Shown one piece after another: positions 39,940 through 48,914 of a stretch of DNA of 64,000 bases. The stretch's first letter is position 1. Each line of letters begins with the position of its first letter. The notes beneath the pieces are model-generated. The model saw only the letters and a list, made by a program, of their open reading frames with translations. It was not told the DNA's origin and searched no databases. This DNA comes from a virus, in the IMG/VR virus record IMGVR_UViG_3300035210_000189, positions 1-64,000 of that record; one strand, 5' to 3'. The position numbers and the translations under genes are program-made.

Positions 39940-40374
39940 ATGTCTCTTAAACTGATTACAACTCCTGATACTCTCAAACTTCACCCAACCAGCTATGAGC
40001 GTGGTGTTATGATTGATTGTTTTGATAAGTTGGCACCTACTGATATGGAGCGTAAACAGTACTTGTCAGACGCCGTTGTCAAAAAAATGCGAGATTTTGT
40101 TGAATCGCACTACATTGTTTTCTACTTTGTAGATTCTTACACTTATTCTGTCAAAGACTATAATGACAGTGATGGCGATTACACTCATTCTGACTCTGAA
40201 ACCAACCGTTATCCTGTTCCAATGGAAGAAATGGTTGCTCAATTGACCGAAATGGGCTATAATGATGCCACTAAAATGATAAAGGATGCGGTTATCATAG
40301 ACCACGATATTAACCTTTATTACGGTGAGCGTATCTCACTTCAATCCTATGCCATTAAAGTTGAAGGAATTTAA
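39940..40374 (+). CDS. Hypothetical acidic protein
   Basis: Resembles 40376 (YYG motif near C-terminus). Confidence 0.75.
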   Translation: MSLKLITTPDTLKLHPTSYERGVMIDCFDKLAPTDMERKQYLSDAVVKKMRDFVESHYIVFYFVDSYTYSVKDYNDSDGDYTHSDSETNRYPVPMEEMVAQLTEMGYNDATKMIKDAVIIDHDINLYYGERISLQSYAIKVEGI

Positions 40375-40375
40375 T

Positions 40376-40888
40376 ATGTCTATCCACTACGTTGCAGGGC
40401 ACAATGCTGATCAAGGTGAAGCCTTCGTTTGGCAAATTGAAAATGGTCTTTTGCATGAAGACATCAGTTATATGCTTAAAGAAATTTTCCCTGAGCTTCG
40501 TTCTATGCTGGATTATGCACCAGAGGACGCCTACAACGCAGAAGTTCATGTGGCTAACAAGATTAAATTTCACGATAAAATTGTGGAAGACTACTTGTTG
40601 ATTTATTACCCAGTCATTGAGACGGCTCCTGTCGATTCTTATCGGGATGAAGGTGGTGGTTATTGCCATAAGTCTACCACTGACGTAGACATTGAGGTTC
40701 CACTTTACGAGATTCGTGAACTCATTCGTGAACACTATCCACAAGTAGAAAATGTTGAGGCTTTTGTTGACAACATGCTTAAAATTCATGCGAATGACAC
40801 TTATTGGCATAATGACTATTATGGCAGTAGTGTGACTTACGCTTACATTAAAATCAAAAAAGATGCTGACCTTAGTCGCTATCTTTAA
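40376..40888 (+). CDS. Hypothetical acidic protein
   Basis: AAGGA RBS before ATG 40376; NDYYG. Confidence 0.75.
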   Translation: MSIHYVAGHNADQGEAFVWQIENGLLHEDISYMLKEIFPELRSMLDYAPEDAYNAEVHVANKIKFHDKIVEDYLLIYYPVIETAPVDSYRDEGGGYCHKSTTDVDIEVPLYEIRELIREHYPQVENVEAFVDNMLKIHANDTYWHNDYYGSSVTYAYIKIKKDADLSRYL

Positions 40889-40905
40889 TCTATAAGGAAA
40901 CTGTT

Positions 40906-41208
40906 ATGAGCCGTATGACTGTTCGTTTTGACCGCGTATTTAATAAGAAAGGCAACTTTAACCTTAAAGAGTTTGGAATCGAATATTTTGACCCTTATCG
41001 TAGCAGTGATAATGAAAATCATGTTGAGTTGTTTGAACTCTTGTTTGATAGCAATGGTAACGTGCTTGATGAAGTTCGTCGTGAACTTGAAAGTTACATC
41101 AAGTTGAAAAACTTTCCAGCCTTATCCGATGCAGTCAAACTGTATTATGCTGGTATCCACGGTAGCAACACCAAAGGCTCTTATCCAGCGATTTATATGT
41201 ATCGTTAA
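40906..41208 (+). CDS. Hypothetical protein
   Basis: AAGGA RBS. Confidence 0.7.
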   Translation: MSRMTVRFDRVFNKKGNFNLKEFGIEYFDPYRSSDNENHVELFELLFDSNGNVLDEVRRELESYIKLKNFPALSDAVKLYYAGIHGSNTKGSYPAIYMYR

Positions 41209-41315
41209 TTAAAAAAAATTTCAAAAATAAATTTAAAAATGTTAAAAAAGTAGTTGTTTTAAAATAAAAACGTTGATATAATAACCCCACACTAACTAAA
41301 TAAGGAAACACAATC

Positions 41316-41441
41316 ATGGCAACAGTAAATTCAGCAAAAAAAGAACAAGAAATCGAACAAGCCTACGCACAGGTTGCTGAAACCAAGCGTCGTCAAGAAG
41401 AAAAAATGTGGTCGCAACACGAAAAAGCACGCAAGCGTTAA
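41316..41441 (+). CDS. 41-aa charged helical peptide (not in ORF track)
   Basis: TAAGGA RBS, TGATATAAT promoter; MATVNSAKKEQEIEQAYAQVAETKRRQEEKMWSQHEKARKR. Confidence 0.6.
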   Translation: MATVNSAKKEQEIEQAYAQVAETKRRQEEKMWSQHEKARKR

Positions 41442-41469
41442 TTCCCTTCATTTTCCAAAAGGATTTACA

Positions 41470-41805
41470 ATGTTACGTGTTAATTCAGTAATTGAGTTCG
41501 ACAGCCTAAATGACCCACCAGAAGGGTTCTATGCTTCTGCAATGGGTTGGTATTTTCATGGTGAGCTTCAAGATATGGTAGGCTTTGATATTCCATCCGC
41601 TTCTGTTGACTTAATGGAAGTTCCCGATGGTATCTATGCTGGCTCTTACAAAGGGCTGGATTGCACCTTCTTCAACTGGTCTTATGTTGATGAAGATACC
41701 TACAGTAAGCAGCGTCGGCATCGTGGTTTTATTGTCCTTAATTCGGATAAAACAGCTTATGAATTTGCTCAGTTATCTTATGATGCAAAACGTAGATATC
41801 TTTAA
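41470..41805 (+). CDS. Hypothetical protein
   Basis: AAGGA RBS before ATG 41470. Confidence 0.7.
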   Translation: MLRVNSVIEFDSLNDPPEGFYASAMGWYFHGELQDMVGFDIPSASVDLMEVPDGIYAGSYKGLDCTFFNWSYVDEDTYSKQRRHRGFIVLNSDKTAYEFAQLSYDAKRRYL

Positions 41806-41906
41806 TCGTTAAATAACAATGAAAAAGGTCAAGTTCGCTTGATCTTTTTTTTGCCTTTATTTTCTTGTCATGTTATACTAAACCATTACTTATTCGGAGT
41901 GTCACC

Positions 41907-42338
41907 ATGCATAATATTGTAGCGTCCAAACTTATTAATGACCTTATACTGAACACTGATGACAGTAGCCATCTTATTCTCGATGAAATCAAAAAAAACC
42001 AAAGCCTTGTTGGTGTTCGTCAACTCTTGATTGAAATTGATACAGATGATGATTTTGCCGTTGATGGTTCATCTGATTTTTCGAAAACATTTGATTTGGG
42101 TGAACGTGATATTGTTGAAGTCTACAAAGAAGCTATTAAGAGTATCAAGTTTGGGCATGATAACGTCAAAAATTATAAGGTCGATAATTTCTTGGAATAT
42201 ATCTTGTCAGAAGACGCATTGAATGAAGTGGCTACTGGTCATCTTTCAACAGGCGGTAATCAGACAATTTATGTCACCGTTGTCGATGCTCCTAGAAATA
42301 TGTATATTGGTTCATTAGTTATTGATTTGACCCGATAA
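41907..42338 (+). CDS. Hypothetical acidic protein
   Basis: GGAG RBS before ATG 41907. Confidence 0.7.
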   Translation: MHNIVASKLINDLILNTDDSSHLILDEIKKNQSLVGVRQLLIEIDTDDDFAVDGSSDFSKTFDLGERDIVEVYKEAIKSIKFGHDNVKNYKVDNFLEYILSEDALNEVATGHLSTGGNQTIYVTVVDAPRNMYIGSLVIDLTR

Positions 42339-42395
42339 TGCTTTCATTATTCATTCAGTTGTGATAAAATAGGCCCACTTGAGGGCTTATTTTTT

Positions 42396-43043
42396 ATGAG
42401 AAAACCAATTAATGTCAATACTATTGAGGAACTGAAAGCAGTTGCATTTGATTATAATGCTCCTGTTTTCGTTGCTCCTGAGCTTTTGATGAATGAAATC
42501 ATTGAGACTGATGAAGAATGTGATAAACTCTTGGCTAACTTATCCCATTATCATAAAAGTGTCATCGCCTTCTTTTTCAGATGTGAAGGATTTAGGGTTT
42601 ATTTTTTGGTGATTGATAGCTTTGTTGTCGTAAAAAACTATGTTCTTGATAATGTAACGATTGCTAATTTGAAAAAATTTGTCATTCAATCCGTTCGCTT
42701 TGATTCAGGCAGTCACCAGTGGAATGAAAAACAATTTTATTCTTACAAACGTGGAAATAAACCTGACAGTGTGGAACGCAGTTACGGTTCTTTTATTGCT
42801 AGGTATAGCCATGTTTATGATAAAACCTATGTGAGCCAAATTAGAGTCACTGATCAATCACAATACCTTATTGACATGACCTTTAAACGCAATGGTCGGC
42901 AAATCACATTGATTGAACTGTCAGCAGACTATCCAGAAATTGCATCCGCTTTGAGAGGTAAAGTTCGGTCAATTGAAAACCTTACAAACAAAAGCAAATT
43001 GATTAAATCTTATCTACCTATTATTGATATGATTCTTATTTAA
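42396..43043 (+). CDS. M-x-x-I C-terminal tag family protein, subfamily 3
   Basis: INVNTIEELK start like 43053; ends PIIDMILI. Confidence 0.75.
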   Translation: MRKPINVNTIEELKAVAFDYNAPVFVAPELLMNEIIETDEECDKLLANLSHYHKSVIAFFFRCEGFRVYFLVIDSFVVVKNYVLDNVTIANLKKFVIQSVRFDSGSHQWNEKQFYSYKRGNKPDSVERSYGSFIARYSHVYDKTYVSQIRVTDQSQYLIDMTFKRNGRQITLIELSADYPEIASALRGKVRSIENLTNKSKLIKSYLPIIDMILI

Positions 43044-43052
43044 GGAATAACC

Positions 43053-43682
43053 ATGCTATTAATCAATACCATTGACCAATTAAAAGAATGTTTGTTATCA
43101 GTTGAGCAAACTGGACGATTTGTCACACCTGTTAAAGAATTCGTTAAGGCTGGTCAGATTATTAAACCCGAGAACCGAAATGAATATATTTACGTTCTGG
43201 ATGATCTTCATACTATTTATTTTCAATTGAGTGAAGATCTTATTGTCTTCAAAGGGTTTCAGATTAAGCCAGAAAAACACTATATTTTCCATAGACTAGA
43301 TAACCTTCCATGCTCTCTATTTTATCTTAAAAATGGTAATTTAAACACTACAAGTTGGTATGTGAATGGTATTGCTGTTCGTGACAATCCTATGCAACCT
43401 GTCGTCGTAGATCGTCGTGATGGTGATTTCTGGACGTTTCAGTATGCAACCTCAGATGATGGTTGCTTTGAGATGTCTCATATTATCTATGACAAGCGTA
43501 AGAAAGGTGAATGGCGTGTCATGGACATGTTGGCTAGGCGTCGTGGACAAAACATGAATTTTAAAGAGATTAAAAAACAATTTCCTTTTGTTGAAGATAT
43601 TACATTTGAGGATTGTTATGATCTTAGTAAAAACATCTTTACTGCAGATCAAGTGACATTGATGAGAATGATTGATATTTGA
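43053..43682 (+). CDS. M-x-x-I C-terminal tag family protein, subfamily 3, with HR.D..P-type beta repeat
   Basis: HRLDNLPC..Y.KNG....WYVNG..RD.P; ends TLMRMIDI. Confidence 0.75.
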   Translation: MLLINTIDQLKECLLSVEQTGRFVTPVKEFVKAGQIIKPENRNEYIYVLDDLHTIYFQLSEDLIVFKGFQIKPEKHYIFHRLDNLPCSLFYLKNGNLNTTSWYVNGIAVRDNPMQPVVVDRRDGDFWTFQYATSDDGCFEMSHIIYDKRKKGEWRVMDMLARRRGQNMNFKEIKKQFPFVEDITFEDCYDLSKNIFTADQVTLMRMIDI

Positions 43683-43790
43683 AATCGGCAATATAATACT
43701 GCTTAATATTAAAAGATGGCACCTAATCGGCATTATATTGCAGATTTAGGTGCTTTTTTGTATTCTTTTATGCAATATAATGCAGTTTGA

Positions 43791-44603
43791 TTAAATTTCG
43801 ATCATTTCAATCAGTTTTAAGTAATCCATAAAAGCCACTTTGTTATCACCATTAAAATTATCATAAAATGACTTATTGACCACTTTAAACCAATTGTTAT
43901 CTTCCAAGTCAATATTTTTAGGATCGAAGAAGCTTGAATCTACTTCTTCTTTTACATTCATGACGTGTTTAGTAAATCTTAACAACATTAGTTCTGATGC
44001 AACATCACCATTAGAGTTGAGTGAGTAACTTGTAGCATTAGATTTAACTATATTTTTCAATTCAAATGTCTTACGGCAAATTTTATGATTTTTGTCAAAG
44101 AAATATGTCATGCTCGACATCTTTCTTAAATGCAACAAGATCACCCAGTGTTTCTGCTTGATGGCATAGGCTGAACCGTAGTAATCTTTTTGTAGATGAA
44201 ATTCTAATTCATTACCTTCTTTATTGAAATGATTTAAGTTCAGATGATTGATTAATGTTGATTCGAATGATTCACCCTTATACAGAGCACTGTAATGCGT
44301 TTGTTGACCTTTTTCATTATAATACACATAAATAGGCAACTCAAACTCACAGTTAAACAATTCAAATAAGTTAAATTTAAAGGTAATGACAATGCAATCA
44401 CTTGATTTTCCAGATACATAAAAAGAGGTTTCGTCTTTTACCAAATCAAGATGTTCTTTAATTAACTCTTTGGTTAAATTTGGATTATTGTTAATTGCTA
44501 TTAATTTTTCACACATCATGGCACGAACAATTTCAAAGTGCTTGTCTTTGAGCTTATTATTCTTAGATAACTCTTCAAAATTTGGAAAGTATAATTTCAT
44601 CAT
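43791..44603 (-). CDS. M-x-x-I C-terminal tag family protein, subfamily 4
   Basis: FPNFEELS N-terminus; paralog of 44619; ends KLIEMIEI. Confidence 0.8.
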   Translation of the reverse strand: MMKLYFPNFEELSKNNKLKDKHFEIVRAMMCEKLIAINNNPNLTKELIKEHLDLVKDETSFYVSGKSSDCIVITFKFNLFELFNCEFELPIYVYYNEKGQQTHYSALYKGESFESTLINHLNLNHFNKEGNELEFHLQKDYYGSAYAIKQKHWVILLHLRKMSSMTYFFDKNHKICRKTFELKNIVKSNATSYSLNSNGDVASELMLLRFTKHVMNVKEEVDSSFFDPKNIDLEDNNWFKVVNKSFYDNFNGDNKVAFMDYLKLIEMIEI

Positions 44604-44618
44604 TCACCCTGTATTTTG

Positions 44619-45410
44619 TTAAATTGCTATCATGTCTATTACATTCATATAATCCAAGAATGCAGTGCGTTTGTCACCTGTTAAGCTTCTGAAAAAGTGT
44701 TTATGAACTTCCCGCATCCATTCTGATTGGGTGAAATCTATATCTTTGTAATTAATAAATGATGAATCAACAGAATCTCTTTCATTTGTGACATGTTTTA
44801 CGAACTTTAAAAACATAAGTTCAGTTTCAAATTTCTCAAAACCTTCCATTGAATAATTAGAACTTGAATTATTAATTTTTGATTCAAAACCACGCAAATA
44901 AACCTTATGCTCAGTGTCAAAACGATATTTTAAAGTAGTCCTTATTTTTGGATATTCTGGTGTTTTTATATAATTTTCTTTGATGATTTCATATACAGTT
45001 TTATTGTTTGCATCTTCATCTAATGAAAACTCTAATTTAGACAAATCGTCATTAAAATGATTAATATTTAAAAGATTCATTAAACTTAAATCATTTTTTG
45101 ATCCCATATATGTTGAATGCCATCTATTGTATTTTCCATGTTGATTAAAATATAAATGTACAGGTATTACAATATAACAATCGAAAAAATTAACAGCAAA
45201 GTTAACTGTACAGTAATCCTTAGTATTATAAAATTTGGTAGTTGTTCCATAAATCCCAAGGTTACTTTGAATATCTTCATCTGTGATATTTGGGTTATTA
45301 TTCATTTTTACGAATTTTTCATACAATAATTCCCACACCTTACCTTCTTGGTCTTTCGCAAGGTTTGGGTTGCTTGATAATTCTTCGTAATTTGGAAATG
45401 AAAGATACAT
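44619..45410 (-). CDS. M-x-x-I C-terminal tag family protein, subfamily 4
   Basis: FPNYEELS; ends NVIDMIAI. Confidence 0.8.
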   Translation of the reverse strand: MYLSFPNYEELSSNPNLAKDQEGKVWELLYEKFVKMNNNPNITDEDIQSNLGIYGTTTKFYNTKDYCTVNFAVNFFDCYIVIPVHLYFNQHGKYNRWHSTYMGSKNDLSLMNLLNINHFNDDLSKLEFSLDEDANNKTVYEIIKENYIKTPEYPKIRTTLKYRFDTEHKVYLRGFESKINNSSSNYSMEGFEKFETELMFLKFVKHVTNERDSVDSSFINYKDIDFTQSEWMREVHKHFFRSLTGDKRTAFLDYMNVIDMIAI

Positions 45411-45554
45411 TTAACATCCTCAATTTATATATCTTTTGATTATACCTTATTTTGTTGTTTTAGTCTATGATTTTGCCTATTAAATGTTCATAAAAAAGAC
45501 ATAATTTTATTGATTTTATTTTTAAAATATGTTAAAATACTTGCTCTTTAAGAG

Positions 45555-45998
45555 GTGATTTTTATGGAGTTAGATATTAAAGTTTTGAGAGAATTAGGCC
45601 CGCATGTCGGCCAAAAAGTTTGGATTTGTGATTATCGTCAACCTGACTTGGATAAGAAAGCTATCCGCCATGTCCCGCCAACAGAAGTTATTATTGTTTC
45701 GAACGAAGAAAACAAGCCAACTAAGCCTATTCATTACTCAGATACCCATTTTAGAACTTTGACAAAAACGGGTGAAGCAGGCAGTAAAGTGATTGGTATT
45801 TTCGACAATACAGGTTATCGGTTTAATACAGGCACAGCTTTGCATGTTTTCGACAATAAGGAAGAATGTGTTGAGTTTTATAACGATCAAGCTGATAAAA
45901 TTATTTCAGCACTTGATGACAAGATCAGTTGGGTTGTGGTAGGATTGAACAATGCTAAAAAAGAAGTCCTCGATAACAAGCTGAAATCAAGGAAATAA
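45555..45998 (+). CDS. Hypothetical protein (phage-type)
   Basis: GAGGTG RBS; VWICDYR and FDNTGYR motifs. Confidence 0.75.
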   Translation: MIFMELDIKVLRELGPHVGQKVWICDYRQPDLDKKAIRHVPPTEVIIVSNEENKPTKPIHYSDTHFRTLTKTGEAGSKVIGIFDNTGYRFNTGTALHVFDNKEECVEFYNDQADKIISALDDKISWVVVGLNNAKKEVLDNKLKSRK

Positions 45999-46005
45999 CA
46001 ATATC

Positions 46006-46377
46006 ATGGATGGCTTCGGTCATCCTTTTCTTTCGGAGAGCCACCTGATGATTAATTTTCTGTTCAAAAAAGTGATTGTTGTGGAATATGAACATAGTAT
46101 CAGTATTTATGATACCTTTGAAAAAGTAACCAATAATGATGCCCTTTTACCCTATGTGAACAAAAATATGACGCTTAAAAATGGAGTCTCTTCCATCAAA
46201 GCTGATTTGCACACTGGTGCTGAATATCATTATCCTGTTACTATTTATGCAGCTCACCGTTTTAATTTCTTGCACCTGAGTGACGCCGCTTCTTGTGCCT
46301 ATCATCAATTTAAATCTATTTTGACACGTTCTTCGTGTGATTGGGACAGCTTTTCGGCTTACTCTTTCAAAAAATAA
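46006..46377 (+). CDS. Hypothetical protein
   Basis: ORF; true start probably ATG ~46048 after GGAG. Confidence 0.55.
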   Translation: MDGFGHPFLSESHLMINFLFKKVIVVEYEHSISIYDTFEKVTNNDALLPYVNKNMTLKNGVSSIKADLHTGAEYHYPVTIYAAHRFNFLHLSDAASCAYHQFKSILTRSSCDWDSFSAYSFKK

Positions 46378-46411
46378 TATATCTTTAATTTTTTAAAATG
46401 AGGTATTTGAC

Positions 46412-46855
46412 ATGCGTATTGAAAACCAGAATCCTGATACATTTGAAAGAATTCTTTTAGCAGTTATGGGGGTAGCTATGATTGCGTTGGCATTCCTTTT
46501 TTTGAGTTTGTTTATTTTTGAGGTGCCATCTTCAGAAACAACTTATAATGTTCGGAAAGACATCTTTACAATCAATCGAGCATTTGATCAAAATTCCAAC
46601 ACATGGGTGGTTGGCGTCATGGATGCTGATAATATCAAACTGGGATCATTTGTTTGTGCATCAAAACCTATGAATGCGAATCCTGAACTTTACTATAAAA
46701 TGACTAGAGAAGACATGTTCTTTGGACCTTCTAAATACGCTTTTTCTTTTAGTTATGTGGAAAACTGTACAAGTGTGAGTGGTTCATCGGCTATAACGCA
46801 AATGCCAAACGTGCAAAATAGAACGCCACGTAAAAAAGGCGAATTCATACTGTAG
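46412..46855 (+). CDS. Membrane-anchored protein
   Basis: N-terminal TM helix; GAGGT RBS. Confidence 0.7.
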   Translation: MRIENQNPDTFERILLAVMGVAMIALAFLFLSLFIFEVPSSETTYNVRKDIFTINRAFDQNSNTWVVGVMDADNIKLGSFVCASKPMNANPELYYKMTREDMFFGPSKYAFSFSYVENCTSVSGSSAITQMPNVQNRTPRKKGEFIL

Positions 46856-46915
46856 TGGTTGATTTTTTCTTATTTTATGATATAATGACCTTCTTAATTT
46901 AAAGAGGTCATTATC

Positions 46916-47395
46916 ATGGGTGTTACCTTCCAAGCTCAAATCAATCACGATGATTACCCACAACAGAAGGTGTTCATGGCTGATCTTTATCCTGATTTGG
47001 ATGAAGAGTATTTCAAGCTTGAAGGTTATTGCCCATTTGATGAAGAAACTCAACGCCATTACCAGATGGAGCGTGTCATTGACTTCAAACAAAGTCGTGA
47101 TTTCAGCTACGCTAATTTCTACTTGTTATTGGATCTGGTAGATCGTAATATCCGTATTGCCACACAAGCTGATGGTGGCTACTATGCTATCAATCATGCT
47201 GATATTCAAGTGTTCCGTAAGAAAGTCTTCATGGCCTTGAATAAGGTCAACGAAGGCCATGCTGTTGAGCCATCACAAAATGGAAACTTCTATGATTGTG
47301 GTGCATCTATGGATTATATTCATGGTGCTCTCAGTGATATGCTTGAAATCATTGATCAGGCATATAAGAAAAACTTAAATATTTTTTGGGCTTAA
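46916..47395 (+). CDS. Hypothetical protein
   Basis: GAGGT RBS; TGATATAAT promoter. Confidence 0.75.
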   Translation: MGVTFQAQINHDDYPQQKVFMADLYPDLDEEYFKLEGYCPFDEETQRHYQMERVIDFKQSRDFSYANFYLLLDLVDRNIRIATQADGGYYAINHADIQVFRKKVFMALNKVNEGHAVEPSQNGNFYDCGASMDYIHGALSDMLEIIDQAYKKNLNIFWA

Positions 47396-47397
47396 TT

Positions 47398-47745
47398 ATG
47401 ATCAATTCAAAACAAGTCTTTAAAGCAGGATTATGCAGTGTCTTCGGAGCTGCGACATTCTCACTCTTCTTCTGGAATAGTTACATGCTTTCCACAGGTC
47501 GGTTTATGGTCTGGAAAGCTTTTGAAGGGGATTCTCATTTCCTCATGTTCGCTTTATTCCTTATGCCATTACTGATTGGTTTTACAGCCGGATTTGGTAT
47601 GATTTTTTACTCGTTTCGTCTAGAAAGTAAAGAAGCTGACAAAAGAATGCAAGATCGAATCGCGGACAGAGACAAGCAATTAGAAGATACCACATTAACC
47701 AGTCTAGAAAGAATTGATATAATTCTAGGCAACCACCGAACTTAA
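47398..47745 (+). CDS. Small membrane protein
   Basis: Two hydrophobic helices. Confidence 0.65.
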   Translation: MINSKQVFKAGLCSVFGAATFSLFFWNSYMLSTGRFMVWKAFEGDSHFLMFALFLMPLLIGFTAGFGMIFYSFRLESKEADKRMQDRIADRDKQLEDTTLTSLERIDIILGNHRT

Positions 47746-47766
47746 CCAGCCTATGGGAGTCCTCAT

Positions 47767-48150
47767 ATGACAATAGCTCAGAAAGACAATGAAAGTTTTG
47801 TTAACGCTATACGTTCAATGACTGAAAAGTTTATTGCTCTGGTTGAATCCCATTCAGTATCCAAAGATTTTTCTTGGTTTACATTTCGTGATGATACCCT
47901 TTTGACCGCAATTCAGCATTCTTTTGGTGAATTGACCCAAGAAGAACTGCAAGACTATCATCTTGTATTTAATCAAGTTATGGTTGAGCATGGCTATAGC
48001 ATCACTTCCGTAAATCATCTTGACGATAAAGTCGAATTATGGCATAATACACCTTCATTAAATATGGAACTTCACGAATATCTTGGCATTGCTTGGGGTG
48101 ATTATCATCATTTTATGTTTGGTCGTGATGTTTATTTGAAAAATAACTGA
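47767..48150 (+). CDS. Hypothetical protein
   Basis: GGGAG RBS; WH......LHEYLG..W..Y motif. Confidence 0.75.
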   Translation: MTIAQKDNESFVNAIRSMTEKFIALVESHSVSKDFSWFTFRDDTLLTAIQHSFGELTQEELQDYHLVFNQVMVEHGYSITSVNHLDDKVELWHNTPSLNMELHEYLGIAWGDYHHFMFGRDVYLKNN

Positions 48151-48210
48151 ACTAGCTGTTTCGCTGGGTCAGGGGTTTTATAATTTCAACTCTTAGTTAC
48201 GGATCAAGAT

Positions 48211-48834
48211 ATGAATGTCAATTCGGCTGAAACAGATAGCTTTAAAGAACTGTTTACTGTGTTCGCTAAGGAACACGATATAATGGTGGGGCGTTATTGT
48301 GCCGTAAAACTTCTCAGTTTCTACAATCATAATTTTGATCCTGTTATGCTCTTCCAGCTTGATGCTGATGTCGTTGCACCCTTGGTTTTAAAACCTTTTA
48401 AACATTTTCATGTAAAAAAGTTGGTCACACGATTAACCGATTTTTTGAGTGAAGTCGTTGAAGATAGTTTAGAGGGGTTTCTTGCTGCCAACTTCTTTGA
48501 TCAATTCACCCTTCACAATATTCAAAATATTGTCTTGAAAGAAGGTTATACCAGTGTTCATGATGTGGCTTATTATCAATTAGAATTGCTCAGCACATCC
48601 ACCCGACTTATGGTGAATTTTCATACTGAACCTGTTCAGCCTAGATTTTACAGAAATACAGAAATGAAGGGAACTATTAAATATCTCAATCTGGATGTTT
48701 ATTATCGAGATTTTGAATCACTCAGAGAACCCATGTTGGAACATTATGCTGATGAAATTGGTAAATTTCTCAATATTCCAGTGAATGAAATTGATGATAA
48801 TGTTTTAAAACTTGTTGAAATGGTTAAAATCTAG
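48211..48834 (+). CDS. M-x-x-I C-terminal tag family protein, singleton
   Basis: Ends DDNVLKLVEMVKI-TAG. Confidence 0.75.
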   Translation: MNVNSAETDSFKELFTVFAKEHDIMVGRYCAVKLLSFYNHNFDPVMLFQLDADVVAPLVLKPFKHFHVKKLVTRLTDFLSEVVEDSLEGFLAANFFDQFTLHNIQNIVLKEGYTSVHDVAYYQLELLSTSTRLMVNFHTEPVQPRFYRNTEMKGTIKYLNLDVYYRDFESLREPMLEHYADEIGKFLNIPVNEIDDNVLKLVEMVKI

Positions 48835-48852
48835 CACGTTTCTCGTTTTTTC

Positions 48853-48881
48853 TTGACGTGGAGTGATTTCTTTAGTATAAT
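48853..48881 (+). promoter_or_regulatory. Sigma70 promoter of the RNA ligase gene
   Basis: TTGACG-17 nt-TATAAT. Confidence 0.75.
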
Positions 48882-48914
48882 TACGAGATTGAAAATAAAA
48901 GAGGATTACACAAA

